From: Thermodesulfobacteriota bacterium
Lineage (GTDB): Bacteria; Desulfobacterota_D; UBA1144; Nemesobacterales; UBA2774
Direction of reading: 5' to 3'
Assembly (NCBI GenBank): GCA_965216785.1
Contig: OZ244197.1
Coordinates: 1,888,001 to 1,952,000, forward strand
Length of the DNA stretch: 64,000 bases
The translations under genes and the position numbers were made by a program. The stretch's first letter is position 1, and each line of letters begins with the position of its first letter. The notes under the pieces were generated by a model. It was not told the origin of the DNA, ran no database searches, and saw nothing but the letters and a program-made list of their open reading frames with translations. Below, in pieces: positions 32,939-43,621 of the stretch.

Positions 32939-33346
32939 CTACCTTATACAATCCTTATGGATAAACCACTCTGAGCGGTGATTTCTGTCGGCGCTTCCGG
33001 TAGTGAGCTCCAGTATCTCGTGCGTAAACTCGTGTCTCCAGATAAATTCTGCTTCCAATACATCTGACTCGGGCTCGGGAAAGGCAATAAAACCCCTTGT
33101 CTGGCAGCCGGCGGAGCTTACATCACCGCAGTTTAAGGACTCTCCGGTCACGATTACAACCGTAGGGGAGGGCAGCTCGTCCGAAACCCCCATACACGCC
33201 GACACGTCGTTATAAATCTCAAGCTCAGTCTCATTTAACTCCCTGCATTGGCTGAATTCACCCCAGGTATTGCAATCTGCGGTGAACTCGTCCCCTGAGC
33301 ATGAGAAAGTGAAAATCGCGCATACTAGACCCAAAACCCATTTCAT
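32939..33346 (-). CDS. Small Cys-containing lipoprotein with HExxH motif
   Basis: Lipobox-like FSC; 'RHEFTHE'. Confidence 0.55.
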   Translation of the reverse strand: MKWVLGLVCAIFTFSCSGDEFTADCNTWGEFSQCRELNETELEIYNDVSACMGVSDELPSPTVVIVTGESLNCGDVSSAGCQTRGFIAFPEPESDVLEAEFIWRHEFTHEILELTTGSADRNHRSEWFIHKDCIR

Positions 33347-33401
33347 AACTACCGAAGTATACCATCGTAATGGCCCTAGATGTTTGGATTCTTCCGGGGG
33401 T

Positions 33402-34397
33402 TTACTCGCCGCTGCCGAGGACTTCGCTGATGGCTGATATAACTTTTTCGTGGAACCTGCCGTTCGTTGCCACTATGCCTTTATTGGAAAGAAGCGTCCT
33501 GCCGAGCGAGAAATCGAGCTTCCGGCCATGGATGTCCGTTACGGTTCCACCCGCCTCTGTAACGATGAGCGCTCCTGAAGCGTGGTCCCAGATTTTCTCT
33601 ACGTAGTCTTTTCTGGTGGGAAGCCTTAGGTAAATCGACGCGTCGCCTCTGGCGATGACAGCGTATTTACACTGGCTGTCTATTCTGATAGGCGGGTTGG
33701 TTACGCCCAGAATTTCCGCAATCTTCTCCGCGTCTCCGTGCGAGGAGTGCGCCGACTCCACGGATTCGCAAAAGGACGCGTCTTTAGATTCTGCGGTATC
33801 TGAAACAAGGATTTTTGTTGACGAGCTTTCACCAAGCGGCTTAATGTACGCTCCTTCCCCTTTAATGCTCCAGAGCAGGCTGCCTGTACTGCTCTCAGGG
33901 TCGTTTATATTGAGCGGGAGATCGGGGCATCCGACTATTCCCAGTACTACTTCGCCGTTTTCTATGAGCGCAAGGGCGACAGCGTACTGCTCTGCCCTCA
34001 GAAACCCCTTAGTGCCGTCAATGGGGTCGAGGGTCCAGAGCCTTCCTTGTGCGCCTCCATCGGACGCGCCGCTGTCGATGGCCTCTATGACCTCAGACTC
34101 GGTTATGCCGGGCAAAAGGGCCGAAACATGCGTCATTATGTGCGCCAGGAGCGTCTCACCGCCCTCGGCTGTCAGTTCCGCCGTGTCCTCCTCCGCGACT
34201 ATGGGATCGTCCGGAAAAGCCTTGTTGAGCGCTTTGCAGATGACGGCCTGGGCGCCGAAATCGGCCACAGTGACAGGCGATTTGTCTTTTTTTGTCATAG
34301 TCTCTTCTGACACGAGTGAGGACTGTACTTCTCTGCACAGAAAGCAGGCTTTTTCCACTGCTTCGATAGCTATTTTGAGCTCGTTTTCAAATTTCAT
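33402..34397 (-). CDS. 3'(2'),5'-bisphosphate nucleotidase, HAL2/SAL1-like
   Basis: 'SPVTVADFGAQA', 'LDPIDGTKGFLR', 'DSQCKY' and 'EKIWDHA'. Confidence 0.88.
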   Translation of the reverse strand: MKFENELKIAIEAVEKACFLCREVQSSLVSEETMTKKDKSPVTVADFGAQAVICKALNKAFPDDPIVAEEDTAELTAEGGETLLAHIMTHVSALLPGITESEVIEAIDSGASDGGAQGRLWTLDPIDGTKGFLRAEQYAVALALIENGEVVLGIVGCPDLPLNINDPESSTGSLLWSIKGEGAYIKPLGESSSTKILVSDTAESKDASFCESVESAHSSHGDAEKIAEILGVTNPPIRIDSQCKYAVIARGDASIYLRLPTRKDYVEKIWDHASGALIVTEAGGTVTDIHGRKLDFSLGRTLLSNKGIVATNGRFHEKVISAISEVLGSGE

Positions 34398-34526
34398 TAT
34401 ATCTCCGTATTAGTGCTTCTGAATTTATGGCGAAGGATTATACCATTTATGTGAGAAATGTGTGGAAACGATTTTATGTTTAACCACGAATTAACACGAA
34501 TGGGCGCGAATACATAAGGAAATAGG

Positions 34527-34557
34527 GAGATTGCTTCGCTTCGCTCGCAATGACAGA
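34527..34557. repeat. REP-like palindromic element (gagattgcttcgcttcgctcgcaatgac)
   Basis: attgc...gcaat stem; related copies at 57886 and 30478. Confidence 0.55.
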
Positions 34558-34561
34558 GTTA

Positions 34562-37500
34562 TCATTCTGAGGCTGCGGGTGCAGTGCGGCCCCGCATTCT
34601 TGCAAACCAGGCAGAGAAGTTGGTTTTGCCTTCAAGTACTAGGCTGAATACAGAGGGTACGAGTATCAGCGTGAACATTGTGGATACCAGTAGGCCTCCT
34701 ACTACGACGCTTCCGAGTCCCCTGTAGAACTCAGAGCCCGAGCCCGGAAGGAGAATTAGCGGCAGCATGCCGCATACACTCGTTGTGGTGCTCATGAAAA
34801 TAGGCCTGATACGGGATTTTACGGATTCTACGATTGCCTCTTTTGACTCCATCCCATGGTCCCGCATGTTGTTTAGCGCCTGATGCACGATGAGAATAGC
34901 GTTATTCACCACAATACCAATGAGGATAATAAACCCTAGCATCGTGAGCACGTTCAGCGGCATATAGATGAAGAAGTTCAGTATAAAAAGCCCCAGAAAC
35001 CCTCCGAAAGAAGCGAGAGGTACGCTGAACATAATGACAAGCGGGTATAGGAAGCTCTCAAACAGCGAGGCCATAAGTAAAAAAGCGATCACGGCGGCAA
35101 GTAGAAAATTCCACTGTAGAGCCTCACGCGTAACCGACAGATCATCGGCGCTCCCGGTGAGTATGGCGTTATATGAGCCTGATAGCTGTCCGCTTGCCTT
35201 TAGAGGGTCCAGTATTTCAGCGTTTATGAGATCGATCGCGGTTTCAAGCGGCATCTCCTCGGGCGGTATAATGGAAATCGCGATAGTCCTTTGCCGCTCG
35301 TAGTGGTTTATCTGCTCGGGGCCTGTCGTAACGTTTACATCCGCAAGCGACCCCACTGTAACCATTTTACCGCCCTCGGTGTTGACCATGAGGTCTTCTA
35401 TATCCTGAGTTCTATTTGCGTACTCGTCTATGCCCCTTAAGGTGAGGTCGATCTCATCGCCGTTTATCTGGAACTCGCTCACTGTGGCCCCATCCACAAG
35501 GGCGTTTAACATAAACCCGAGCCCTTCGTTTGTTATGCCGAGGTCAGAGGCCCTTTCCCTGTTAAGCACTAGCTGCACTTCGGGGTTGCCAAGGTCAAGA
35601 CTCGGAATAGGGCGTACCTGTGCGTCCGGGATCTTCTGCATGGCGGCAAAGAACACCTGCTGACCAAGCCCCACGAGCTTTTCCATGTCGGGGCCTGTAA
35701 GCTGAACGTTGATCGAACGGCCCTCACCGATACCCCTCTGGAATATGCTCGATTGCGTGACGATTGCTATCATCCCCGGAATCTTGCTGAGCGAGGCCTG
35801 CAATACGGGCATGACTTCTTTAATTCTGTGGGGCTCCTTAACACGAGCTCCCATAAAAGCCTGACGTCCACGGGCGACGTAGAAGAAATTCAGTATCGGG
35901 GGTCCGTCAAGGGCGGCGGCCTCGGGTGTGCCGGGCTCTGCCTCCCAATAGGGCCTGAGGTCAGCTTCTATCTGCTCACCGATCCTCGTGAACTCGTCTA
36001 TGTTGTAGCCCGGAGGCGGAATTAAAATGCCGAACACGAGGTTTCTGTTGCCCTCGGGCAGATACTCCGTCTTGGGGATCATTATCCAGCTAAGGAATAT
36101 CGCCCCGAGCGTAAACCCGGCGACAACGAATATTCTCGATCTGGTGCTTGAAAGTATTGTGTCTACAAACCCCGCGATCGTCGCCGCAATCCACCCAGCC
36201 GTCTGTGATAATCCCCAGAGGTTAGTGAAATTTTTGCCGGGCTTAGTTTTTACGACGCTAAGGATTTTTGCCGATATCGTAGGTATTACGGTGATGGATA
36301 CAATGAGACTAAGCACGACTGATACACTGATGGCTATAGCAATGTCCCGGAATAGCTGGCCCGCCTGGTCCTGGACGAATATTACGGGGACGAACACCGC
36401 CGCAGTGGTAAGTGTGCTCGCGAGTACCGCTCCCCACACTTCCACCGCGCCGTCATAGGCGGCTCGGGCGCGGGACTTGCCCATCTGCATGTGGCGGTAG
36501 ATATTCTCTAGCACGACAATGGAGTTATCGATGACCATTCCGACAGCAAACGCCATACCGGCAAGACTGATTACGTTAATAGTCCTTCCGAGCGCCGCCA
36601 TGACGAGGAAAGTTCCGACGATGCTGATAGGAATGGCTGTCGCTACGATGAGCGTGCTGCTGCCGCTACGTAAGAATAGCAGGAGCACCGCTATTGCCAG
36701 GAGGCCCCCTATGACCAGGTTCTGCTGCACGAGGCTGATGGCGCTTTTTATGTATCCGGTTTCCTCATAGACGTTAATGAGATAGAGGCCTCTTTTCTTT
36801 AGCTCGCCTTCGTTGAGCTCTTCCATGGCTTCCATCAGCCCGGCCATGACTTCAATGGAATTAGCGCCGCTTTCCTTTACCGCGTTTACCGCGATCGAGG
36901 GCTCGCCGTTTTGGCGTACTGCAAAGTCAGCGTCCTTATAACCGAGCCTTACAGTGGCTACGTCGCGCACGTACACAGGCGCGCCGCCTCTTCTGGTGAT
37001 GATTACGTTCTCTATGTCTTCGGGAGAGCTGTATTCTCCGATCGTCCTGACGGTGTATCTTCTCTTACCCTCGTCGAAATCTCCGGCGCTGTAGTTGTCG
37101 TTCTCCGCCGAAAGCGCGGTGCCCATCTGAGAGAGAGTAATACCCCTTGCCGCAAGAGCGTTGGGGTCGACCAAGACCTGCATCTCCCGCTCATAACCGC
37201 CGTAGACGTTTGATGACCCGACTCCCGAGACACGCTCGAAGCGGGGTTTTATATAGTCTTCTGCGAAATCGTGATAGGTGTTAATATCGACGTTTTCATC
37301 CTCGGGTTTTAGGATGAACCAGGCCATAGCGCTCGCGCCCGTATCTGTCGTGCTGATGACAGGCTGATCTGCGTCGTCAGGGTAGTCTTCGACCTGGTTA
37401 AGCTTGTTTGAGACGTCAACGCTCGCGGCGTCGATGTCCGTGCCTATTTCGAACTCGAGCACGATAGTGCCAGAGGAGTCCTGGCTTTCGCTCGTCATCT

Positions 37501-37735
37501 CTACAAGGCTGTCCAGGGTTTTAAGCTCGTCTTCCTGGTCACGTATAATCTCTGTCTCAATTTCCTGAGGGCTCGCCCCCTGCCAGAAAGTTGAAACAGT
37601 GATCGTGGGTTTTTCCACATCGGGCGTTAGCTGTACGGGTATGCTGAAAAGAGCGATAAAGCCGAATAGTAATATGAAAATCACGGCTACGGCTACGCTT
37701 ACGGGTTTGTTGATTGAAGTTTCGACCAGTTTCAT
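34562..37735 (-). CDS. AcrB/AcrD/AcrF family RND permease
   Basis: 'GMVIDNSIVVLENI' and 'RIRPIFMST'; 1057 aa. Confidence 0.92.
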   Translation of the reverse strand: MKLVETSINKPVSVAVAVIFILLFGFIALFSIPVQLTPDVEKPTITVSTFWQGASPQEIETEIIRDQEDELKTLDSLVEMTSESQDSSGTIVLEFEIGTDIDAASVDVSNKLNQVEDYPDDADQPVISTTDTGASAMAWFILKPEDENVDINTYHDFAEDYIKPRFERVSGVGSSNVYGGYEREMQVLVDPNALAARGITLSQMGTALSAENDNYSAGDFDEGKRRYTVRTIGEYSSPEDIENVIITRRGGAPVYVRDVATVRLGYKDADFAVRQNGEPSIAVNAVKESGANSIEVMAGLMEAMEELNEGELKKRGLYLINVYEETGYIKSAISLVQQNLVIGGLLAIAVLLLFLRSGSSTLIVATAIPISIVGTFLVMAALGRTINVISLAGMAFAVGMVIDNSIVVLENIYRHMQMGKSRARAAYDGAVEVWGAVLASTLTTAAVFVPVIFVQDQAGQLFRDIAIAISVSVVLSLIVSITVIPTISAKILSVVKTKPGKNFTNLWGLSQTAGWIAATIAGFVDTILSSTRSRIFVVAGFTLGAIFLSWIMIPKTEYLPEGNRNLVFGILIPPPGYNIDEFTRIGEQIEADLRPYWEAEPGTPEAAALDGPPILNFFYVARGRQAFMGARVKEPHRIKEVMPVLQASLSKIPGMIAIVTQSSIFQRGIGEGRSINVQLTGPDMEKLVGLGQQVFFAAMQKIPDAQVRPIPSLDLGNPEVQLVLNRERASDLGITNEGLGFMLNALVDGATVSEFQINGDEIDLTLRGIDEYANRTQDIEDLMVNTEGGKMVTVGSLADVNVTTGPEQINHYERQRTIAISIIPPEEMPLETAIDLINAEILDPLKASGQLSGSYNAILTGSADDLSVTREALQWNFLLAAVIAFLLMASLFESFLYPLVIMFSVPLASFGGFLGLFILNFFIYMPLNVLTMLGFIILIGIVVNNAILIVHQALNNMRDHGMESKEAIVESVKSRIRPIFMSTTTSVCGMLPLILLPGSGSEFYRGLGSVVVGGLLVSTMFTLILVPSVFSLVLEGKTNFSAWFARMRGRTAPAASE

Positions 37736-37825
37736 TTGATTATTATTGCCCCATCAAAAGGATTATTTGATCATTGTCGAGCCGGGCGTTACAACGTCCT
37801 AAAACTCTCACTAGGCATCAAAGCA

Positions 37826-38953
37826 CTAATTAACTTTGTTGTTTACGTCCGTGCCCTCGTTAACTATCTGAACCGGTTGGTTGGGCATGAGCCTCTCGTT
37901 TCCTCTGATAACTACTTGCTGACCTGTTTCTACCGGGCCCAGTACCTCGATCCTGCCGTCATACGCAGTTCCCGTGGTCACAGGGATGGGCTGTACTGCA
38001 CCGTCTACTACAACGTAAACGAAATTAGCGTTATTTTGAGTTACGATTGCGTCTTTGGGTACGAGCTTTACATTTGCGGGCTCGCCGATCGGAAAAGATA
38101 CCCGGGCTACCATGCCGCTTTTTACCGCGCCGTTTTTGTTATCTATCGTAACTTTCACAGGGAATGTCCTGGATTCACTGTCCGCCTGGGGTACGAGTGA
38201 GGTAATCTCTCCCTGAACGCTCTGTCCCGGAAGAGCATCAAAATCCACCGCTACCGCGCCTCCCTTTTTAATCTTACTGACATAGCGCTCAGGCATGTCG
38301 ATCCTAATCTCCACGGTTTCCGTATCTATGAGCTCGACCACAGGGCCGCCCTTCTCAACCCACTGACCGACTTCGGTGAACTCTTCTGTGATGTACCCGC
38401 TGAACGGGGCTTTAATCTCCGATTTGTCCAGATCGTACTGGTGGCTTTCTATCTGAGCCTGAAATTGCCTGATCCTTGCGCCCCAGGCGTCTTTTTCCGC
38501 CCTGGCGTCATCATGCTGCTTAACGGAAGCAACTCCCTTTTGCTCAAGCTCTTCAAAGCGCTCCTGGTCCTGTTTTGCCAGCCTGTACCGGGCTTGAGCT
38601 TCGCTTTTGGACGCTTTGGCTTCCTTTAAATCGATCTCGATATTCGTTGTGATAAATTTGGCTATTAAATCGCCCTTATTTACATACACCCCTTCCTCGG
38701 CGGGAAAGCTCTCCACAAGCCCTTCCACTTCGCTTGCGATAACGCTCTTTTTAACGGGCTCCACAGCGCCTACAAGAGTTACGGGTTTTTGTAAAGACTG
38801 CTCCTCTACTGTATCCACAACAACAGGGGCCGCGGGCTGGGCCTGAGCATGTACGAACGCAGCAGTCATGAGCAAGACTGCGGTACAAATAAGCAGATTT
38901 CCGGTAAATTCCATTATCGGTTTCATTATTTTCCCTGTAAATATATGATTCAT
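37826..38953 (-). CDS. RND membrane fusion protein
   Basis: 'IKAPFSG', 'SRTFPVK' and 'VPKDA'. Confidence 0.88.
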   Translation of the reverse strand: MNHIFTGKIMKPIMEFTGNLLICTAVLLMTAAFVHAQAQPAAPVVVDTVEEQSLQKPVTLVGAVEPVKKSVIASEVEGLVESFPAEEGVYVNKGDLIAKFITTNIEIDLKEAKASKSEAQARYRLAKQDQERFEELEQKGVASVKQHDDARAEKDAWGARIRQFQAQIESHQYDLDKSEIKAPFSGYITEEFTEVGQWVEKGGPVVELIDTETVEIRIDMPERYVSKIKKGGAVAVDFDALPGQSVQGEITSLVPQADSESRTFPVKVTIDNKNGAVKSGMVARVSFPIGEPANVKLVPKDAIVTQNNANFVYVVVDGAVQPIPVTTGTAYDGRIEVLGPVETGQQVVIRGNERLMPNQPVQIVNEGTDVNNKVN

Positions 38954-38958
38954 TTAAC

Positions 38959-39594
38959 CTATGCCTTGATTCCATCTAAAAATATACTGACAAAGGTATC
39001 GATTACTTCTTTTTCGTTTGCTTTCTTTCTGTTTTTAGCTCCGAAAAGCTCACGCTCTATTATGTGGTTTACAATCATTCCGATAAAAGCTTGTGAAGCG
39101 TAGAGCGGCTTTACTTTCTTAAAAGTTTTATCCGTCACCCTTTTTTCGATGTAGTCGCAGATGAGCATGTTTACATACTCGACGTAGGTATCGAAAAACA
39201 TATCCGAGAGCTCATGTCCCTCGAGCGCGCTGAAATGAAGGAGTCTGATAAAGCTCGAGTCCTTGCCGCATTTGTCGAACATCCTCTCTGCAATCGCCGT
39301 GAAAAAGAGCCTTACGTCCTTAGAGTCTTTGTTCTCTAGGATAGGCATTTCGATTCCGGGCTCATCATCGATCTTCTTTTCTATAATCGCTCCGTATAGC
39401 TCTCTTTTTGTTGAGAAGTGTCTGAAAATTAGCGATTCGTTAACGTCAGCCCTCTCTGCTATCTCCTTAGTGGTGGTACCGTTAAATCCTTTTTCGGCGA
39501 AAAGCTCGATCGAGGTCTCGAGTATCCTGTCGCGCGTGCTGGGCTTTTCTTTTACTAAGGGTTCTTTTTTGGCCGCGGTTTTTTGTGTTGACAT
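38959..39594 (-). CDS. TetR/AcrR family regulator
   Basis: 'LFAEKGFNGTTTKEIAERADVNESLIFRHF' HTH. Confidence 0.9.
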   Translation of the reverse strand: MSTQKTAAKKEPLVKEKPSTRDRILETSIELFAEKGFNGTTTKEIAERADVNESLIFRHFSTKRELYGAIIEKKIDDEPGIEMPILENKDSKDVRLFFTAIAERMFDKCGKDSSFIRLLHFSALEGHELSDMFFDTYVEYVNMLICDYIEKRVTDKTFKKVKPLYASQAFIGMIVNHIIERELFGAKNRKKANEKEVIDTFVSIFLDGIKA

Positions 39595-39619
39595 TTTTAT
39601 TATTCCCTGTACGCTGTAA

Positions 39620-39664
39620 GTAAGTAATTACTTACAAGCTACCAGTTGGGTGCCTGAGTGTCAA
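39620..39664 (-). promoter_or_regulatory. sigma70 promoter (TTGACA-N17-TAGCTT) with an adjacent perfect 16-bp palindrome GTAAGTAATTACTTAC, probable TetR operator
   Basis: On the minus strand -35 is at 39664-39659 and -10 at 39641-39636; the palindrome at 39620-39635 covers the predicted start site. Confidence 0.7.
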
Positions 39665-39823
39665 GAAGGGGGTCCGGCAGGAGCCTTAAAAGCGGGATTT
39701 GTTAATAGAATACGTTTTTTGAGAATATCTTCAATTTGAAACTCCCGGAAAAATCAAATATAAATATGCTGATTATAGTGAAACGCTTAAACCCGAATAT
39801 TACTTCAAAGAAGGGAATAATTC

Positions 39824-41338
39824 ATGACTGAGACTTTGTTAATGGTGCTTTTTATGGTTACGGGAGCAAGTGGGGTGCTCAATCTTTCACTCGATGACGC
39901 TCTTCGGATCGCTATAGAAAACAATAGGGATATACAGATAGAGCAGAAAAACGTAGAGGTCTCTGAGGGTGAAGTTACGGCGCAGGAAGGGGTGTTTGAT
40001 CCCGTTCTGAACATAACGTCCTCTTATACTGACAGTCAAACCCCAACGACCAGCACGTTTATTGAATCCGGAGAGATTAACGAGCAGGAGTTTAACGCTC
40101 AGTCAAATATCGAGGGGAACATCTCGACAGGAACTTATTATGACATACTTAACTTTTCCACTACCAGAACTGAGACGGACTCACCGATACAGGACCTTAG
40201 CCCGAGCTGGTTTAACAACCTAAGTTTCACAATAGGCCAGGAGCTACTTAAAAATTTCGGTATAGGAGTTAACAGAACTTTTATTGTTACCGCGGAGCGC
40301 TCGAGTGAAATTACCGTAAAAGAGCTTGAGAGCATTACTTCGGACGTGCTCCTATTGGTAGAGCGCCGCTACTGGCTTTTGGTCGCCGCAAGTCAGAACC
40401 TCGATCTTGAAAGGACGGCGCTAGATCTGGCAAAGGACCTTGAGCGGAGAAACGAAATACAGGTAGAGGTCGGAGTGCTGCCTCCTGTATCCGTTACCCA
40501 GGCAAAGTCTGAAGTGGCCGCAAGGGAAGTGGATGTGATCGTAGCGGAGAACAACCTTCAGGCGGCGGCGGATAACCTTAAAAATGTACTCGCCATGAAC
40601 CTTTCACAGGAGATTCAAACTACGGACGAGCCTACAACAGAGGTATTTAAATTCAGTGAAACGGAGTCGCTGGAAGTTGCATATGATGAGCGCCCCGAGA
40701 TGGACCAGGTGCTTTTGGACATAGAGAATAAGGAAACACTTAAGAAATATTACTCGAACCAAAGACTACCGCGGCTTGCGGTCGAGGGCACGGTAGATCT
40801 GCAGGGGTTAGGGGGAGATGAGAACCCCGACCGTGAGGGCTTCGGGGGGATACCCGAGCCTATACCGCCTCAGTTCCTGGGAAGTGGAGAAGCGTTCAGC
40901 CAGGTTTTCGGCGCCGATTTCCCGACCTGGCAGATACTAGGCGTATTCAGCTTCCCTCTTTTTAACCGAACCGCCAGAGGGGAGTACGTAAAGGCCACAG
41001 CGGAGCTTGACCGGAGCCAGATAACTCTTAGTAAAACAAAGGACGATATCGCACTAGAGGTAAAGAGCGCAATAAGGGAGATCGAAAACAGCCTGAGAGC
41101 GATCGAGGCGGCTAGAGTATCTATCGAGCTTGCAGAAGAGGTTGTTGAGAACGAGCAGGAGAGGCTGAACGTGGGTATCGGTACCACTAGAGAAGTGCTC
41201 GAAGCCCAGAGGGACCTGATTGACGCCGGAACCCGTGAAATCACGGCGATTGCTAACTATAACATCGCGCTTGCGGAGCTAGAGCGCGCCAAGGGCACTA
41301 TTCTTCAAAAAAACAGCATAGAGATCGGGCAGAAGTAG
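39824..41338 (+). CDS. TolC family outer-membrane factor, divergent from the tetR-MFP-RND genes
   Basis: 'LSLDDALRIAIENN', 'FSFPLFNR' and 'EVLEAQRDL'. Confidence 0.85.
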   Translation: MTETLLMVLFMVTGASGVLNLSLDDALRIAIENNRDIQIEQKNVEVSEGEVTAQEGVFDPVLNITSSYTDSQTPTTSTFIESGEINEQEFNAQSNIEGNISTGTYYDILNFSTTRTETDSPIQDLSPSWFNNLSFTIGQELLKNFGIGVNRTFIVTAERSSEITVKELESITSDVLLLVERRYWLLVAASQNLDLERTALDLAKDLERRNEIQVEVGVLPPVSVTQAKSEVAAREVDVIVAENNLQAAADNLKNVLAMNLSQEIQTTDEPTTEVFKFSETESLEVAYDERPEMDQVLLDIENKETLKKYYSNQRLPRLAVEGTVDLQGLGGDENPDREGFGGIPEPIPPQFLGSGEAFSQVFGADFPTWQILGVFSFPLFNRTARGEYVKATAELDRSQITLSKTKDDIALEVKSAIREIENSLRAIEAARVSIELAEEVVENEQERLNVGIGTTREVLEAQRDLIDAGTREITAIANYNIALAELERAKGTILQKNSIEIGQK

Positions 41339-41474
41339 CTGGGCCCGCGCGCACTATTTTTGCAGGGAAGAATTCATAACTCTAATATTCAGTTTTCAAA
41401 TGAACTCTCTATATGTGACATAAAAATTATATTGGATATACTATTCCCGAATTTAGATTAAGGAGACATATAAT

Positions 41475-41804
41475 ATGGCCAGTGAAGCGATATTGGAATT
41501 AAGTGACGCTATTTTCGATGACGAAGTCATAAATAGCGATGTGCCAGTGCTTGTGGACTTTTGGGCTCCATGGTGCGGACCGTGCCGCGCTGTTGCGCCG
41601 ATTGTTGAGGAAATCTCCTCAGCTTACGAAGGTCAGATTAAAGTTGGTAAGGTGAACGTGGATGAAAACCCTTCGACAACTATGAAGTTCGGTATTAGAA
41701 GCATTCCTACTCTTCTCGTGTTTAAGGGCGGGGAGGCAGTGGAGCAAATTATCGGAGCAGTACCAAAGGGTGAGATAGAAAAAGCCCTCGATAAAGCCCT
41801 TTAA
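41475..41804 (+). CDS. trxA: Thioredoxin
   Basis: WCGPC; 'GIRSIPT'. Confidence 0.95.
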   Translation: MASEAILELSDAIFDDEVINSDVPVLVDFWAPWCGPCRAVAPIVEEISSAYEGQIKVGKVNVDENPSTTMKFGIRSIPTLLVFKGGEAVEQIIGAVPKGEIEKALDKAL

Positions 41805-41817
41805 TCCCTAAGCGGAT

Positions 41818-42531
41818 TTATCCTTTTTCTTTAGCTCCAATTTCAGACGCCTTTTTCTCAAGCGCCGCGATTTTTTGGTCAAGCGCCGATATCGCTCTGC
41901 ATTTCTTAAGTACCTCGGCTTTTGCCTGGGGTTTGCCCGCCGATTTAGCTCCCTTAGCCGTAGGGCCGGCCTTCTTTGATTTTCCGGCTCTGACTATCAC
42001 GTCCATGGTCTTATCTTTGTCGAAGACATAAACTGTTTCGCGCTCTTTATTGATCCTCTTGGAAAACTTACCGTCTGCGAGATTGTACTTGCCCAGCACG
42101 CGTCCGAGCCACTGGAGGTTCTGGCCTTTTTTCTCGGATTCCGGGAGATGTTTCTGTACTTCGTCCAGGAGCTGCTTGGCGGTAATCTTAAACTCATTCT
42201 CGGTGTCTTCGAACAGCTTGTCTCGAAGCTCGCCGTCGTTTATTACCTTGAGTACATCCAGGACAGAGCGGTCCCACTTGTCGAGCACGAAATCCCCAGA
42301 CTCGGGGAGCTTAGAGAGTTTGTCCACTGCAAAGGGGTCGATGCCGCCGGAAGCCTCGAAAGACGCGTGAATTATCTTGCCAAGGTCCTGAAGCGCTATC
42401 TTTCTCTCCGCTTCAAGCTCTGAGAGCTGAAGCCTGATGCGCTGCTTACCTATGATCTCTTTGGATTTGACGTTTACAGTTGAAATACCCTTATCGAGGG
42501 TGCCTTTAAGTTTATCCAGGAACTCTGCCAT
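41818..42531 (-). CDS. Hypothetical coiled-coil protein
   Basis: 237-aa ORF with a GGAGGT RBS region; no family recognised. Confidence 0.55.
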   Translation of the reverse strand: MAEFLDKLKGTLDKGISTVNVKSKEIIGKQRIRLQLSELEAERKIALQDLGKIIHASFEASGGIDPFAVDKLSKLPESGDFVLDKWDRSVLDVLKVINDGELRDKLFEDTENEFKITAKQLLDEVQKHLPESEKKGQNLQWLGRVLGKYNLADGKFSKRINKERETVYVFDKDKTMDVIVRAGKSKKAGPTAKGAKSAGKPQAKAEVLKKCRAISALDQKIAALEKKASEIGAKEKG

Positions 42532-42695
42532 AACCTCACCTCCGTTAATACATTATATACGTAAATGAGACGGCGTTACAACAAGCCCGGACAGTTTTCA
42601 ATCAAGCGAAAGAATATCATGTCTACCCATGGAAAATTCGGTTTAATTTGGATATATTTTCATGTTTTAATATTTACGACAGTGTGAGGTGAGGT

Positions 42696-42899
42696 ATGTA
42701 TACAATCGGCGCTACGGTGAAGTTAACAGAGCAGATAGACGGTAAGAACGATAGTTTTCACGACGGTCTGGAGGGGACGATAGTAGAGAAGTTCGATCTT
42801 CCTCACGGCAGATCGTACCGAGTGCAGTTTATGGACGGCAGGGTCGCCAGGTTCCCCGAGGAGCTTATGGACCAGGCGGTAGAAGTAGTTTCGGGCTAA
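42696..42899 (+). CDS. Small hypothetical protein, possibly an SH3-like beta barrel
   Basis: GAGGT RBS; 'IGATVKL...EGTIVE...YRVQF' pattern. Confidence 0.55.
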   Translation: MYTIGATVKLTEQIDGKNDSFHDGLEGTIVEKFDLPHGRSYRVQFMDGRVARFPEELMDQAVEVVSG

Positions 42900-42940
42900 G
42901 AACTAACATAAGAATAAAGTTATCTCTGGAATGGCCAGAA

Positions 42941-43612
42941 TTAAAGTTTTCTCAGGAGCGTACGTACCGGGGAGCCATCCGATTTTTCTATCCTGAGCGG
43001 AAGGCAGATCATCTCGTAATCGCAGGGCTCGGTTTTCGCAAGATAGAGTCCCTCTATTGGCCAGATACCCGCTTTTAGAAGAACCCTGTGTATTTCCCCG
43101 CCGTCACTTTGCATACTTGCAATCGAAAGATAGTCTATGCCGACAGTCCTCACCCCTCGTTGTGCCAAAAAACGCGCGGCCTCTAGTGAGAGCGAAACAT
43201 ATTTTTTATTGAAAGGTTTTAAATACCAGCGGGATTTCGAGTTGTCTGTCTTAAACAGTACGCGCTCGCCTTTTCTTATCCTGTGGGGTTTTAGATCTGC
43301 GGGGGTGATGATTTCCCTACCCTGGATAGCTATAACACGGGCTTTTCCTATAACATTATCGAGCGGAATCTTATCTATGCCTGCTTTTGAATTTAAGAAA
43401 TGGCAGGGAGCGTCAATGTGCGTCCCCGTATGCGCTCCCATGTTGAGCTTGGTGACGTTGGCTTCGGCCCCTTTCTCTATGTCGAGCGCGCGCTTTATAC
43501 TTACTTTAGGGTCGCCGGGCCAGCTTACCATGCCGTCTTTCAGCGGTACCGAAACGTCTATCCATCCAGTAGATGAGATCGGGGTTTTACGTTTAGTGCT
43601 TGATGTGGGCAC
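42941..43612 (-). CDS. Cyclase family protein (KynB-like)
   Basis: 'AHTGTHIDAPCH', 'GIDYLS' and 'DGSPVR'. Confidence 0.87.
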   Translation of the reverse strand: MPTSSTKRKTPISSTGWIDVSVPLKDGMVSWPGDPKVSIKRALDIEKGAEANVTKLNMGAHTGTHIDAPCHFLNSKAGIDKIPLDNVIGKARVIAIQGREIITPADLKPHRIRKGERVLFKTDNSKSRWYLKPFNKKYVSLSLEAARFLAQRGVRTVGIDYLSIASMQSDGGEIHRVLLKAGIWPIEGLYLAKTEPCDYEMICLPLRIEKSDGSPVRTLLRKL

Positions 43613-43621
43613 TGTTCTCTC

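Noticed and set aside
33402-34397. Eukaryote-like HAL2 nucleotidase as evidence of novel gene transfer
   Set aside because: HAL2-type enzymes are already known in several bacterial groups, and nothing here indicates recent transfer.
33655-34413. Long antisense ORFs (this 252-aa one and others such as 578-1150, 21007-21731 and 55620-56195)
   Set aside because: They overlap well-supported genes on the opposite strand and have no recognisable motifs.
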